From an uncultured Chloroflexia bacterium (GTDB lineage: Bacteria > Chloroflexota > Anaerolineae > Promineifilales > Promineifilaceae): DNA of 64,000 bases. Positions 28,460 to 37,836 of the stretch are shown here, one piece after another. Each line of letters starts with the position of its first letter. Position 1 is the stretch's first letter. Location: positions 569,362 to 633,361 of the forward strand of contig CAVVOI010000009.1 in the NCBI GenBank assembly GCA_963749825.1, in the 5' to 3' direction. Under the pieces are notes generated by a model. It worked only from the letters and a program-made list of their open reading frames with translations. It was not told where the DNA came from and did not search any database. A program made the position numbers and the translations under genes.

Positions 28460-29857
28460 ATGGCTAATGAATATGATGTTGCAGTTTTAGGAGCCGGTCC
28501 AGGAGGATATGTCGCCGCGATTCGAGCAGCGCAACTTGGTTTAAAGGTTGCCATTGTCGAGAAAGAGGCGCTGGGCGGTGTGTGTCTGAATATCGGTTGT
28601 ATTCCATCCAAAGCCTTGCTGCGCAACGCCGAGATCGCCCACCTGCTCCAACATCGAGCTAAAGAATTCGGTTTTAGTTTTGATAATCTGGAATTGAATT
28701 ATGAAGTCGCCTATAAACGCAGCCGGCAGGTCTCGGAGCGATTGGTTAAGGGCGTCGGATTCCTCATGCGCAAGAATAAAATTGATGTTTTGGAAGGCAC
28801 AGGTTCGCTGGTGAGCGCCAATGTTATTCATGTCGCCTTGAATGATGGCAGTGAAGCAGATGTCATGGCCAAAAACATCATCATCGCTACCGGGGCCCGG
28901 CCGCGATCTGTTCCCGGACTGGATATCGATGGTAAAAAAATCATCACCTATCACGAAGCGATCATGTCCGAAACATTGCCGGAGAAAGTCATCATCGTCG
29001 GGGGTGGCCCTATAGGGATGGAATTCGCCTATGTCTGGAATAGTTACGGTGTGGATGTGACCATCGTCGAAATGCTGCCGCATTTACTGCCTAACGAAGA
29101 CCCTGAAGTCAGTGAAGTTGTGGAAAAAGCGTATAAACGATTGGGGATAAAATTCCATACCAATACCAAGGTCGAGGCGGTATCGACCACTGAGGAAGTC
29201 GTGCGAGTTTCCCTCGAAGGCGCCGATGATATTGAGGCAGACCAGGTGTTAGTGGCCATTGGTTTTAAATCCAATATCGAAGGCATTGGCCTTGAGTCGG
29301 CCGGGGTAAAGGTCAGCGATTTCGGCGCTATCGGCGTGGATGAGGAAATGAGGACTAACGTGGCCAATATCTTTGCCATCGGCGACGTCGTCGCTCCTGA
29401 AGGGATCATGCTGGCTCATGTAGGATCGGCCATGGGCCTCATCGCGGCCGAGGTCATCGCCGGGCATCCGACGATTACGCTGGATTATCGCATGTTGCCG
29501 CGTTGTACCTATTGCGTACCTCAGGTCGCCAGCTTTGGATATACCGAAGAGCAGGCCAAGGAGGCGGGTTATGAGATCAACGTCGGTCGTTTTCCTTTCC
29601 AGGCCAATGGCAAGGCTTTGGGATTGGGCGAACGAGATGGCTTCATCAAGATCATAGCCGATGCTAAGTATGGTGAAATATTAGGCGCCCATATGGTCGG
29701 GCCTGAGGTGACAGAATTATTACCCGAACTAACATTAGCTCATTTCGCAGAACTAACGGCCGAAGAGGTTGCGAGGAATGTACATGCTCATCCTACTTTG
29801 AGCGAAGCATTGATGGAGGCCGCTCACGGGGTTGAAGGAGAGGCCGTACATATTTAA
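28460..29857 (+). CDS. lpd: Dihydrolipoyl dehydrogenase (E3 component)
   Basis: GAGPGGYVAAIRAAQLGLKVAIVEK...GGVCLNIGCIPSKALL redox-active disulfide motif; 466 aa from the ATG at 28460, which is preceded by AAGGGAG. The longer ORF from 28367 is unlikely. Confidence 0.9.
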   Translation: MANEYDVAVLGAGPGGYVAAIRAAQLGLKVAIVEKEALGGVCLNIGCIPSKALLRNAEIAHLLQHRAKEFGFSFDNLELNYEVAYKRSRQVSERLVKGVGFLMRKNKIDVLEGTGSLVSANVIHVALNDGSEADVMAKNIIIATGARPRSVPGLDIDGKKIITYHEAIMSETLPEKVIIVGGGPIGMEFAYVWNSYGVDVTIVEMLPHLLPNEDPEVSEVVEKAYKRLGIKFHTNTKVEAVSTTEEVVRVSLEGADDIEADQVLVAIGFKSNIEGIGLESAGVKVSDFGAIGVDEEMRTNVANIFAIGDVVAPEGIMLAHVGSAMGLIAAEVIAGHPTITLDYRMLPRCTYCVPQVASFGYTEEQAKEAGYEINVGRFPFQANGKALGLGERDGFIKIIADAKYGEILGAHMVGPEVTELLPELTLAHFAELTAEEVARNVHAHPTLSEALMEAAHGVEGEAVHI

Positions 29858-29918
29858 AAACCCCTGCGGAAAGAATAAGCTGCTAAAAAAAGCAATAGCC
29901 GCTTTTCGCGGCTATCGA

Positions 29919-29994
<76 letters not shown>

Positions 29995-30075
29995 GTACCA
30001 GAGGCGTCTGAACACGGGCATTATAACTAGCCATCTGTGCGTTGTCAAAGAAATTTGTCTTGAATTGGTGACTCT

Positions 30076-31333
30076 ATGGCCCGCAGAAGAAAAAGGAAAG
30101 GAAGCCAAAAACAAAAATCTACAAAAAGGGGATTGGGCGAGGCAATATTTTTTGGCCTGGCTCTGCTCTTAGGAATCACCCCCTTTTTTTTGAAGGATTT
30201 TTACGGCGTTCAATTCCGCTTTGCCGGCACCTACATCTGGCTGGCAGCCTATATATTTGGCTTTTTTGGATACCTGTTTTATCTGGTCCAGTTTATTTTG
30301 CCGGTGGCTTGGAATAATAGTTGGTATGAAGGTTTAAGGTTATCAATCCCTTTCAATTTTCCTTTGCTGTCCCAGTTCTCCTCTATTTTCCTCATGCGGA
30401 ATCAGGCTCCTGCGGCAACAGAACGATCCAAAGACGAAATATCGCCAGGATTTTTGACCCATAAGGCGGGTATGATTCCAAGCCACTTGGCCTTTGCGGT
30501 CAATAGCGGTTCTGCTTACTCGCGGGCAGTCGGTCCGGGCCTTGTGCGACTATCGCCATCAGAAACTGTCACCCGTGTCGTGGATCTTCGCCGGCATATG
30601 CGCCGCATTATCGTGGAGGCGATGTCTAGTGATGGCATCCCGATCGAGGCCACCATTACGGTTATTTTTCACGTGAAGCACGATAGCCAATTACCAGAGG
30701 ATGATTTTCCTTACCCGTATGATCATGAAGCCATATTCTCGATCAATAACCTGGAGAGTATTAAATCTGACCAGGAAATAATAGCCTGGCCCGAGCGAAT
30801 TGAACGTACGGCATACAATTTGCTTCGTCGACGAACTCGCCCGTTATTCGTTAGACCAGTTATTTCAAGGCAGTGAAAGTATCGTGCCGTCATTGTCTAG
30901 GGTCCGAGCCAGACTGCAACGTAGATTGTCTAAGGAATTTGACAATTACGGTGTATTTATCACAGATGTTTTGTTAAGCAAGATTGAACTGCCCGAGGAT
31001 GTAGTCGATCAAAGAATCAACCTTTGGGAAGCTAATTGGCAAAGCAGCGTGGAGGTTGAAGAAGTCCGTGAATTAACTGCACCGGAAAGCGTTGTTGAGG
31101 AGGTCTCTATAGAGGCCCATGCGGCCGTCATCCAAAATATTCTTGATGACTTTGAAGCTGTAAGGGATCAGGGCGGTGCGGAATTAGCCGATGCGATTCT
31201 GATTAGCGTGTCAGAGGCTATGAAGACGGTCGCCTCCGATGATCAGGCGCTATCTACTCTTCCAGCGGATACATCCGTACGACTGCGACGGGTCTTCGAT
31301 CCAGGTCGTCTTCTGGATGAAAAAGATGACTGA
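30076..31333 (+). pseudogene. SPFH/band-7 (stomatin/flotillin-like) membrane protein split into two overlapping ORFs by an apparent +1 frameshift near 30835
   Basis: ORF 30076-30876 (TM helices plus the SPFH core VVDLRRHMRRIIVEAMSSDGIPIEATITVIFHV) and ORF 30800-31333 (ELARYSLDQLF...YGVFITDVLLSKIELPEDV) are consecutive parts of one SPFH domain in frames 1 and 2. No plausible start exists for the second ORF (TTG only). Confidence 0.6.
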
Positions 31334-32675
31334 TACTCGGGACAATGAGGTGGTCGATACTGACCAGGCTTATAACAAAACGGTAAGCCAGATATTCATG
31401 TTGATTTTTTTCCTGGGTTATTGGTTGTATGTCTGGCAATTTGAACGCGTCAACTATTCGACGACGCCTCCAGAATGGTGGATTGGTATAATCAATCGTT
31501 ACCCACTATTCGAGATCATCTCGCGTTTCTTTCTGTCTGTATTGGAATTATTCTCGCCAAGAGTTTTGCGCCATTTTATCCCTCTTGTGACCGGCCTCTA
31601 TCTGGCTCGGGTGGCTATCAGCAGGTTTCTTGAATCTTTTTATGATCTGGCCGATCAACCGGCAGCAAAATCGCTGTTAAATCGGCTGTTGGCTCGCGGC
31701 ATCCCCAGCACGAGCATCGGATCACTCAATCACCAGAATTTTAAGGAACAGTTAAAGAGTAATACCCAATTGCACGTGGGTGGACCCGGCTATCTATATA
31801 TTGAATCAGGCGCTGCGGCCATTACGGAACATAACGGCCGGTTCAAACGCGTGTTGTCCTCAGGAAATCACGCCTTAGCGCGTTTCGAGTATCCGGTAGC
31901 AGTCGTTGACATTCGTCCCCAGGAACGCGATATACCCAACATCCGTATGATGACCAGCGGTGGCATCGACCTGACGGTTGACGTCAGCGTGATATTTCAA
32001 ATTGGGCGTGATGGTCGACAACCGAGCAAACAACAGCAATTTCCCTTTGATCATGACTCAGCGCGAAAGGCTGCTTATGCGGAAACAATTATCGATGGTG
32101 GAAACGAGATAGCGTGGGATACAATCACCATGTTTGCCACGGCCGCAGAATTAAGAAAGTTGGTTGCCGAATCCCAACTTGATGATCTCATTCATACCAG
32201 GCAAAGTGGTATTCACCCTCATCCACAATTAAAGAGGGCGATGACGCAAAGATTGAAACCCGTATTGCGGGAGATTGGCGTTGAGATACTGGAGTCTCAA
32301 CTCGGCCGTTTTGAGTTACCACCCCCTGTAGTGCAGAAAAACATAAATTATTGGCAAAACCAATGGGAAAATCAGAGTGGTGAGATAGAACTGGTTATTG
32401 ATGATGAACCATTAGGACAAATTGCAGATTCTCGCTCAATCGCATTATCTGATTTAGCCCAGACGATGGCCACTACAGTAAAACCAACTGGCATCCCAAG
32501 AAACAGACCAGACCAAAAACCAATAAACGCCTACAAGGTCGTTGAGGGAATGGAACGATATATTCTAATGTATGCCGGTGACTCCCCATTAGCAAGAAAC
32601 CAGCTGGACGCGGTGTCCTATCTGAAGCAACAACTCTTGATTGAGTATGGACTTCAGCAGGGAGAAGTCAATTGA
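31317..32675 (+). CDS. Second SPFH/band-7 family membrane protein (N-terminal TM hairpin, SPFH-like core)
   Basis: The stop/start overlap with the upstream SPFH gene suggests coupling. TM helices are followed by MMTSGGIDLTVDVSVIFQI and ...EIGVEILESQLGRFELPPPVV blocks, typical of SPFH domains. The longer ORF from 31239 is unlikely. Confidence 0.6.
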   Translation: MKKMTDTRDNEVVDTDQAYNKTVSQIFMLIFFLGYWLYVWQFERVNYSTTPPEWWIGIINRYPLFEIISRFFLSVLELFSPRVLRHFIPLVTGLYLARVAISRFLESFYDLADQPAAKSLLNRLLARGIPSTSIGSLNHQNFKEQLKSNTQLHVGGPGYLYIESGAAAITEHNGRFKRVLSSGNHALARFEYPVAVVDIRPQERDIPNIRMMTSGGIDLTVDVSVIFQIGRDGRQPSKQQQFPFDHDSARKAAYAETIIDGGNEIAWDTITMFATAAELRKLVAESQLDDLIHTRQSGIHPHPQLKRAMTQRLKPVLREIGVEILESQLGRFELPPPVVQKNINYWQNQWENQSGEIELVIDDEPLGQIADSRSIALSDLAQTMATTVKPTGIPRNRPDQKPINAYKVVEGMERYILMYAGDSPLARNQLDAVSYLKQQLLIEYGLQQGEVN

Positions 32676-32714
32676 AGTTCAATTTGAACGTAATAGGGAT
32701 CAAAAAAGGGGAGA

Positions 32715-33647
32715 TTGATGAGTAATCACATTCTTGTTATCGGCGCCACGCTCATGGATACAAAGGGAAAACCAACGGCCGGTCTTGAGCCTGGGACCTC
32801 AAATCCGGCGATCATCAGACATGTTAGAGGAGGTACGGCGCGGAATGTCGCCGAGAACCTGGGACGATTGGGGGCGGATGTGATACTGATATCTGCTATC
32901 GGGAATGACAGAACCGGAAATCAGTTGATATCTCAAACGGCCGAGTCAGGCGTGAACGTCGATCATGTTTTGGTAGTTGACGATGCTAGTACGGGTTCTT
33001 ATATCGCGATTTTGGATGAGGATGGCTCGCTTTCTGTGGCGCTTGACGACGTGAGCATCATGGCCAACATTTCACCAGGATACTTATACCGTAACAGGCG
33101 ATTGTTCCGAGATGCATGCATGATAATGATTGATGGCAGTCTCGAACAACCAACCATTGATACGGTTGTTCGCCTGGCACAACAATACGAAGTTCCTTTG
33201 AGCGCCGATCCTTCTTCTACTCGACTCGCCCAAAAATTGTGCCCCATCTTAAGTGATTTGCATTTGGTCGTCCCTAATGAGGTGGAAGCAGCAGTATTAT
33301 CAGGAGTGGATTTTCAGGGTTACGATCCCGATGCGAGCCTGGAAGTTGCTCTTATCCTCTCGAGGGCCGGGGTCCGCACCATCGCTATAACCTTGTCAGA
33401 CTACGGATTAGTTTATTCAACATTGGACGAGACCGGCTACATCCCTGCTCGATATAGCCAGATGGTCGACAGTACCGGAACCGGCGATGCGGTTAGTGCC
33501 GCCATTATTTTCGGCATCATTAACCAATTGCCGATGATTGAGGCGATTAGACTAGGGGCTGCGGCCACCAGTCTCACTTTGCAAACAAACGACACGGTTG
33601 TACCCGACCTGAGCCTGGACATGCTATACGACCACCTGATTGTTTAA
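32715..33647 (+). CDS. PfkB-family carbohydrate/nucleoside kinase (ribokinase-like)
   Basis: GGTARNVAENLGRLG (PfkB signature 1 region) and DSTGTGDAVSAAII (signature 2, DTxGAGD). Confidence 0.8.
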   Translation: MMSNHILVIGATLMDTKGKPTAGLEPGTSNPAIIRHVRGGTARNVAENLGRLGADVILISAIGNDRTGNQLISQTAESGVNVDHVLVVDDASTGSYIAILDEDGSLSVALDDVSIMANISPGYLYRNRRLFRDACMIMIDGSLEQPTIDTVVRLAQQYEVPLSADPSSTRLAQKLCPILSDLHLVVPNEVEAAVLSGVDFQGYDPDASLEVALILSRAGVRTIAITLSDYGLVYSTLDETGYIPARYSQMVDSTGTGDAVSAAIIFGIINQLPMIEAIRLGAAATSLTLQTNDTVVPDLSLDMLYDHLIV

Positions 33648-33747
33648 GTCCATTGCCAGAGATCCTACAAAGTCTTATTCGCCAGGGTTGCCAGTTTGAA
33701 AACCGCTTACCTCAAAATGCCGCTGATGTCGAGATTACCTCATTAGC

Positions 33748-34413
33748 ATGAACAATCTACTAGGCTTATTAATCGCATACATTTATATATTTGGCGTGAT
33801 TGGAATCGCCGAATTATTGCGCCGCTGGCGTGGCTTCGGCAGTGATTTCACCCGAAAATTCATCCATATCGGCGTGGGTATGTTAGCCTGGTTTGTGCCC
33901 TTTCTATTTGATTCCCCCTGGCCATTTGTTTTCGCTGCCTTGACCTTTGCTCTCATAAATTTACTTGATTGGCGCTATGGTTTTATCTCGTCAATGTCAA
34001 GCAGTGACCGTTCGAATCTGGGTACGGTATATTTTCCATTAGCAGCGGCCGTGGTAGCGATTATCTTTTGGGATCAACCACCACTTATGGTTGCTGCCTT
34101 GATGCCACTGACTTGGGGAGATGGATTAGCACCGGTCATAGGCAGGGTATACGGACACAATACCTATGTTGTCTTTGGGCATAAACGTAGTCTACAGGGG
34201 TCTGTTGCCTTCTTTATATTTGGCGGATTCTTTACCTGGTTTGCGCTTTGGATAATGCCTGGGATGCCTGCGATTACTCCAGTAGAAGCCTTGTTGCCAA
34301 GCTTGGCCATCATCGCCACGACAACCGTTGCTGAAGGGATTTCGCCCTGGGGATTAGATAATCTGACCGTCACGGCGACAGCTATCATCGTGTTACTCAT
34401 TTGGCCCTTCTAG
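33748..34413 (+). CDS. CTP-dependent polyprenol (dolichol/phytol) kinase / CdsA-superfamily membrane protein
   Basis: Six TM helices. TWGDGLAPVIGRVYG...KRSLQGSVAFFIFG resembles the catalytic motif of dolichol/phytol kinases. Confidence 0.5.
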   Translation: MNNLLGLLIAYIYIFGVIGIAELLRRWRGFGSDFTRKFIHIGVGMLAWFVPFLFDSPWPFVFAALTFALINLLDWRYGFISSMSSSDRSNLGTVYFPLAAAVVAIIFWDQPPLMVAALMPLTWGDGLAPVIGRVYGHNTYVVFGHKRSLQGSVAFFIFGGFFTWFALWIMPGMPAITPVEALLPSLAIIATTTVAEGISPWGLDNLTVTATAIIVLLIWPF

Positions 34414-34496
34414 GGAGCCCCTGCTGCGAGGTCGTGAAGCTTGTAGATTTTTAGCATGGCTCTTGAAGCAGATGTCCAACTGATACCAAGGAAAAA

Positions 34497-34688
34497 GATG
34501 TCAGTAAACCTGGTACTCAAGAATGGCGTTATCCATATTTTTTGAAAGAATGGTCCAAAGTCTTCAGCTATCGCTATTGGCGGAAATAGGATAATCGCTG
34601 CAGGCAGCGATGAGCAGGCAATGGACGTGCGATCGAAGGTTGTCGATCCTCAATCAAAAACCACGACGTTTATCGCTGTACAACGGTA
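34497..34688 (+). pseudogene. N-terminal remnant of an amidohydrolase-family gene interrupted by an in-frame stop
   Basis: Translation MSVNLVLKNGVIHIF*KNGPKSSAIAIGGNRIIAAGSDEQAMDV...VVDPQSK resembles the N-terminus of metal-dependent amidohydrolases (MxxxLxxxNGxIxT......xAxAIxxGRIxAVG...). There is no downstream catalytic domain. Confidence 0.3.
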
Positions 34689-35243
34689 ATTGTTACATAG
34701 TCCGGCCGCGCAGGCAGTTATTCCAATCACCAGGTCCATTTCCGCACGAAAGGTTATATGATCGCCGGGGTTGGTGAGCGGGGGATGGATGGTGAGATCC
34801 CCGTCGGTCTGAATCTCAACATTCAGAAAGACGTTGAACGGGGTGGTGATCATAAACGCTTCGATGTTGAATTGGGCTAATGATGTGGTCAGGTTATCCA
34901 AACAATTTGGATGGAGGCCATCATAGTCGTATTGCAGGCGAAACATCTCTTTACTACAAGGCTCAAATAAAAATCCATGGCGGCCTACCGTATCTTCTAC
35001 AATGGTGAACATCGGCCTGCTTTCATTGGAATAGAGAACATGTCCCCTAGTGAGGAAAATGGTGCCGTTATAATCTATACTACGGCCGCTGGATAGGTGT
35101 TCGGTGATGTCGAGACGATTAAAAGCCAAAAGATCGGCAACCTGTTCTCCCTCCGGATCGATGATACGCAGAAGCTGCCCGCGCTTCAAAGCTAGACCGG
35201 TGCCCGTCTGCGGCCCAATGTGATACGTCGTACTCGGTTTCAC
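34650..35243 (-). CDS. DUF1989-like (urea-carboxylase-associated family) protein, hypothetical
   Basis: LKRGQLLRIIDPEGEQVADLLAF is the pattern I recall for DUF1989. 197 aa. Confidence 0.45.
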   Translation of the reverse strand: MKPSTTYHIGPQTGTGLALKRGQLLRIIDPEGEQVADLLAFNRLDITEHLSSGRSIDYNGTIFLTRGHVLYSNESRPMFTIVEDTVGRHGFLFEPCSKEMFRLQYDYDGLHPNCLDNLTTSLAQFNIEAFMITTPFNVFLNVEIQTDGDLTIHPPLTNPGDHITFRAEMDLVIGITACAAGLCNNYRCTAINVVVFD

Positions 35244-35268
35244 CAGGGTTCTCCGTTTGCTTAAATGG

Positions 35269-36969
35269 CTATCTCCGTAGGGCGTCAGCTACGGTGGAGG
35301 ATGTCTCCAGGTTAGGGGCGCGGATGACGATGGAGTCGGGGCCAAATCGATAAAGACAGAGGATGTCGATGGCCTTCCAGCATGTCCCGCCCTCAACCTG
35401 TGTCTGATCGCGTGTGCCATGGGTATTGGCGGCAAAATTAGTGAAGGCGGTCGAAAATTGGTCTTCGTCGGCCGGTGTATCCCAGACCAGGCGAAGGACC
35501 ATCACCAACTCGTTCGTCTCCTTTTGCCAGTAAACGGCATATTGGTCGCCGCCCCAGCCGGTGGCGGCCGTATCCACAGTTGCCTCGTCCAGCCGCTGGC
35601 CCAGGTACTCGCGCAAGAGAAATTCACCCAGCGTCGCTTCCTCCAAACGCGTCCAATCAACGCCTAAGGTACCGGTGAGCGGCGCCAGAGCTACGACTTG
35701 CGGGGCGTCGCCGGCAAGGTAGCGATCGGGGTGGATGATGTGCTCAGTCGAGCCCGGTAAATTACCCCAGGTGTTATTTAGGCCGTCCCAGCCGCTCTGC
35801 TCATAAATACTCATGACGAAATCGCGACCGGTTGTGTAGGGGAACAAAAAGCTATTGACCAACACCGGTGGCATATAAGGCACCTCTGTGCTGAGCAGCC
35901 GGCTGGACAGATTAAAGATATCGACCAGCTCTTCCTGGCTAAAAAAACCCCGCTCGATATAAAATTCCTGGACCAGTTCGGCCTCTCCCTCGGCCAGGGC
36001 GCGGATGGCCAAATTAGCCTCATTGCCTAAGGATGTATCCGTTATCAACTCCAACTGAAAGTGCTGATCTTGCAAGGCGTGGACGAACTCGTGGGCGTAT
36101 ATCCACTGTTCGAGAGCATCGACTTCTTTGTCCTCGCTAAGAACAACAAACTCTTCCGTCGCCGGATCGTAGAATCCGGCGATATTTTCTCCAATATAGC
36201 GATGCGTAAGCAAGTATAGGTCAAAGTCACGCGGCATGAAGTCAAAAACGCTCAGGACCAGGGCGTCCCGGCGCGCGTCCTCCTCCGTGTAGAAAAGCTG
36301 GGCCCGCAATCGCTGTTTCAACTCGGCGCTTGACAGCAGGCTAGGCTCGAGGGGTTCTATCTTTGCCAGGCCGCGCGTCTCGATCACATTGCTCTCTACG
36401 TTGGCCCATATGGGCGCGAAGCGAGCGAGCAACTGGCGGTCGATGACTTGGATAGAGATCGGCTCGGCCAACAGCATTTGCCCGGTTCGACCAGTGAGAG
36501 AAACGATGACCTCGTGAGTGCCTGGATAATTGGGCGTCCACGCCTGGTTGACCTCAAGCGTTGTTTGTTCTACACCATTAAACGTGCCGATATTTTGACC
36601 ATTTGCGGTTAGGCTTACCATTCTGACGCCAAGGGGATCGCTGGCCGAAATTGAGAACTGAATAGTCTGGCCGAGATCGATAACCGATCTGTCGGTCGGT
36701 GAATCGATGGTTATGCTAGCCCGCAGTGGGGTGGGAGTAGGAGGTATGGCTGTGAGTGTTGTGCCCAAGCCTTCCTGAGCAATCGGCGCATCGGCCGTGG
36801 GTTTCCGAGTTGGCAATTCATTTCCCGCCGAACAAGCGGCTAGCAAGAGTACGGCAGCGCTCAAGACAATCACAACCGGTCCACGAGCGGCGGGCATGAT
36901 CGAAATCGATCCCATTTTCTTGATGGCATGCAAAATCGAGAGGCCACCTGAATAATGAAGCATAACCAA
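35269..36969 (-). CDS. Secreted lipoprotein with an HExxH zinc-metallopeptidase-like motif (566 aa)
   Basis: Lipobox LLLAACSAG. YAHEFVHALQDQHF contains HExxH followed by Q, which is DUF4157/metzincin-like. The true start is probably an internal Met (MGSISIMPAARG or MPAARG). Confidence 0.6.
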   Translation of the reverse strand: MVMLHYSGGLSILHAIKKMGSISIMPAARGPVVIVLSAAVLLLAACSAGNELPTRKPTADAPIAQEGLGTTLTAIPPTPTPLRASITIDSPTDRSVIDLGQTIQFSISASDPLGVRMVSLTANGQNIGTFNGVEQTTLEVNQAWTPNYPGTHEVIVSLTGRTGQMLLAEPISIQVIDRQLLARFAPIWANVESNVIETRGLAKIEPLEPSLLSSAELKQRLRAQLFYTEEDARRDALVLSVFDFMPRDFDLYLLTHRYIGENIAGFYDPATEEFVVLSEDKEVDALEQWIYAHEFVHALQDQHFQLELITDTSLGNEANLAIRALAEGEAELVQEFYIERGFFSQEELVDIFNLSSRLLSTEVPYMPPVLVNSFLFPYTTGRDFVMSIYEQSGWDGLNNTWGNLPGSTEHIIHPDRYLAGDAPQVVALAPLTGTLGVDWTRLEEATLGEFLLREYLGQRLDEATVDTAATGWGGDQYAVYWQKETNELVMVLRLVWDTPADEDQFSTAFTNFAANTHGTRDQTQVEGGTCWKAIDILCLYRFGPDSIVIRAPNLETSSTVADALRR

Positions 36970-37273
36970 AACTTACCGGCAGTGACCGGATGGCTCGTCT
37001 ATTGTTCCCTATCGACGATTTAGTGCAATCACGTAAATCTTAATGGAATGTAAACCTGCGAGCGTAATTGCCCAGAAGTAGACCGCTACCGGCCAGGTTC
37101 ATTCCCAAAGAAATTATGGCGGTATACCTAAACGGCTGGAAACGCGATTATACAATATGCGGGTTCTATGGAAACAGATGACCTTTGGGTCAGAACTGGC
37201 CCAACCAAAGCGCTTGCCACGGGTGCAATCAACCCCAATCGAACACGTTTCCCTGAATAATAACAAATTTCAC

Positions 37274-37302
37274 AAACTCCTCTTGACATCTCCCATTTCT
37301 GG
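37274..37302 (+). promoter_or_regulatory. Sigma70-like promoter: TTGACA (37274-37279), 17-bp spacer, TATAGT (37297-37302)
   Basis: Near-consensus hexamers with optimal spacing in an AT-rich intergenic region, 60 bp upstream of a small ORF pair. Confidence 0.55.
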
Positions 37303-37365
37303 TACTATAGTACTAATCGCGGAGCCCGGTGGTACTGTCTTCTCGATGAGGGATGAGGAGGAAAA

Positions 37366-37539
37366 ATGGATCTGACAGCGCCTATCGGCACAATAGCAAT
37401 AATTGTCGCGACAGGGACTTTTATTCTGATTATCCGTGAAGTTGTACGGATCCTCTGGTTGACGATGCCCGTTTGGTTACGATACCTGTTGTCAGCAAGC
37501 CTGGCAGCGGCGATTTTGTTCGTTCTTTCGAATCTTTGA
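37366..37539 (+). CDS. Small (57 aa) two-TM membrane peptide, hypothetical
   Basis: Strong RBS GGAGGAGGAAAA before the ATG. MDLTAPIGTIAIIVATGTFILIIREVVRILWLTMPVWLRYLLSASLAAAILFVLSNL. Confidence 0.45.
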   Translation: MDLTAPIGTIAIIVATGTFILIIREVVRILWLTMPVWLRYLLSASLAAAILFVLSNL

Positions 37540-37551
37540 TAGGAGTAGGTT

Positions 37552-37779
37552 ATGGAGCAAATTGACCAACGAGAATCGGAATTCGAAATACTCACATTGA
37601 AGCCGCGATGGTCTTTGAGAGGGATGGTGTTCGAACGAAGCCCTGTGGAAAACAAAAATTCCATTATGATGCAATTAAAGGGTCAATATGTTTCCCAGGG
37701 ATGGAAAATTGCCGATATTGGCTGGGCGAAAAGCCATCGATTTGCCGTCGTCAAACTCGAGAAACCTTCGTTTATTTAA
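37552..37779 (+). CDS. Small (75 aa) soluble protein, hypothetical, 12 bp downstream of the membrane peptide gene
   Basis: RBS AGGAG 7 nt before the ATG. No recognised domain. Confidence 0.4.
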   Translation: MEQIDQRESEFEILTLKPRWSLRGMVFERSPVENKNSIMMQLKGQYVSQGWKIADIGWAKSHRFAVVKLEKPSFI

Positions 37780-37836
37780 GTGAGTGGCCAAGATAACGAC
37801 TTGATTTTCCTTTAACCTCGAGGAAATCGGACGGGG

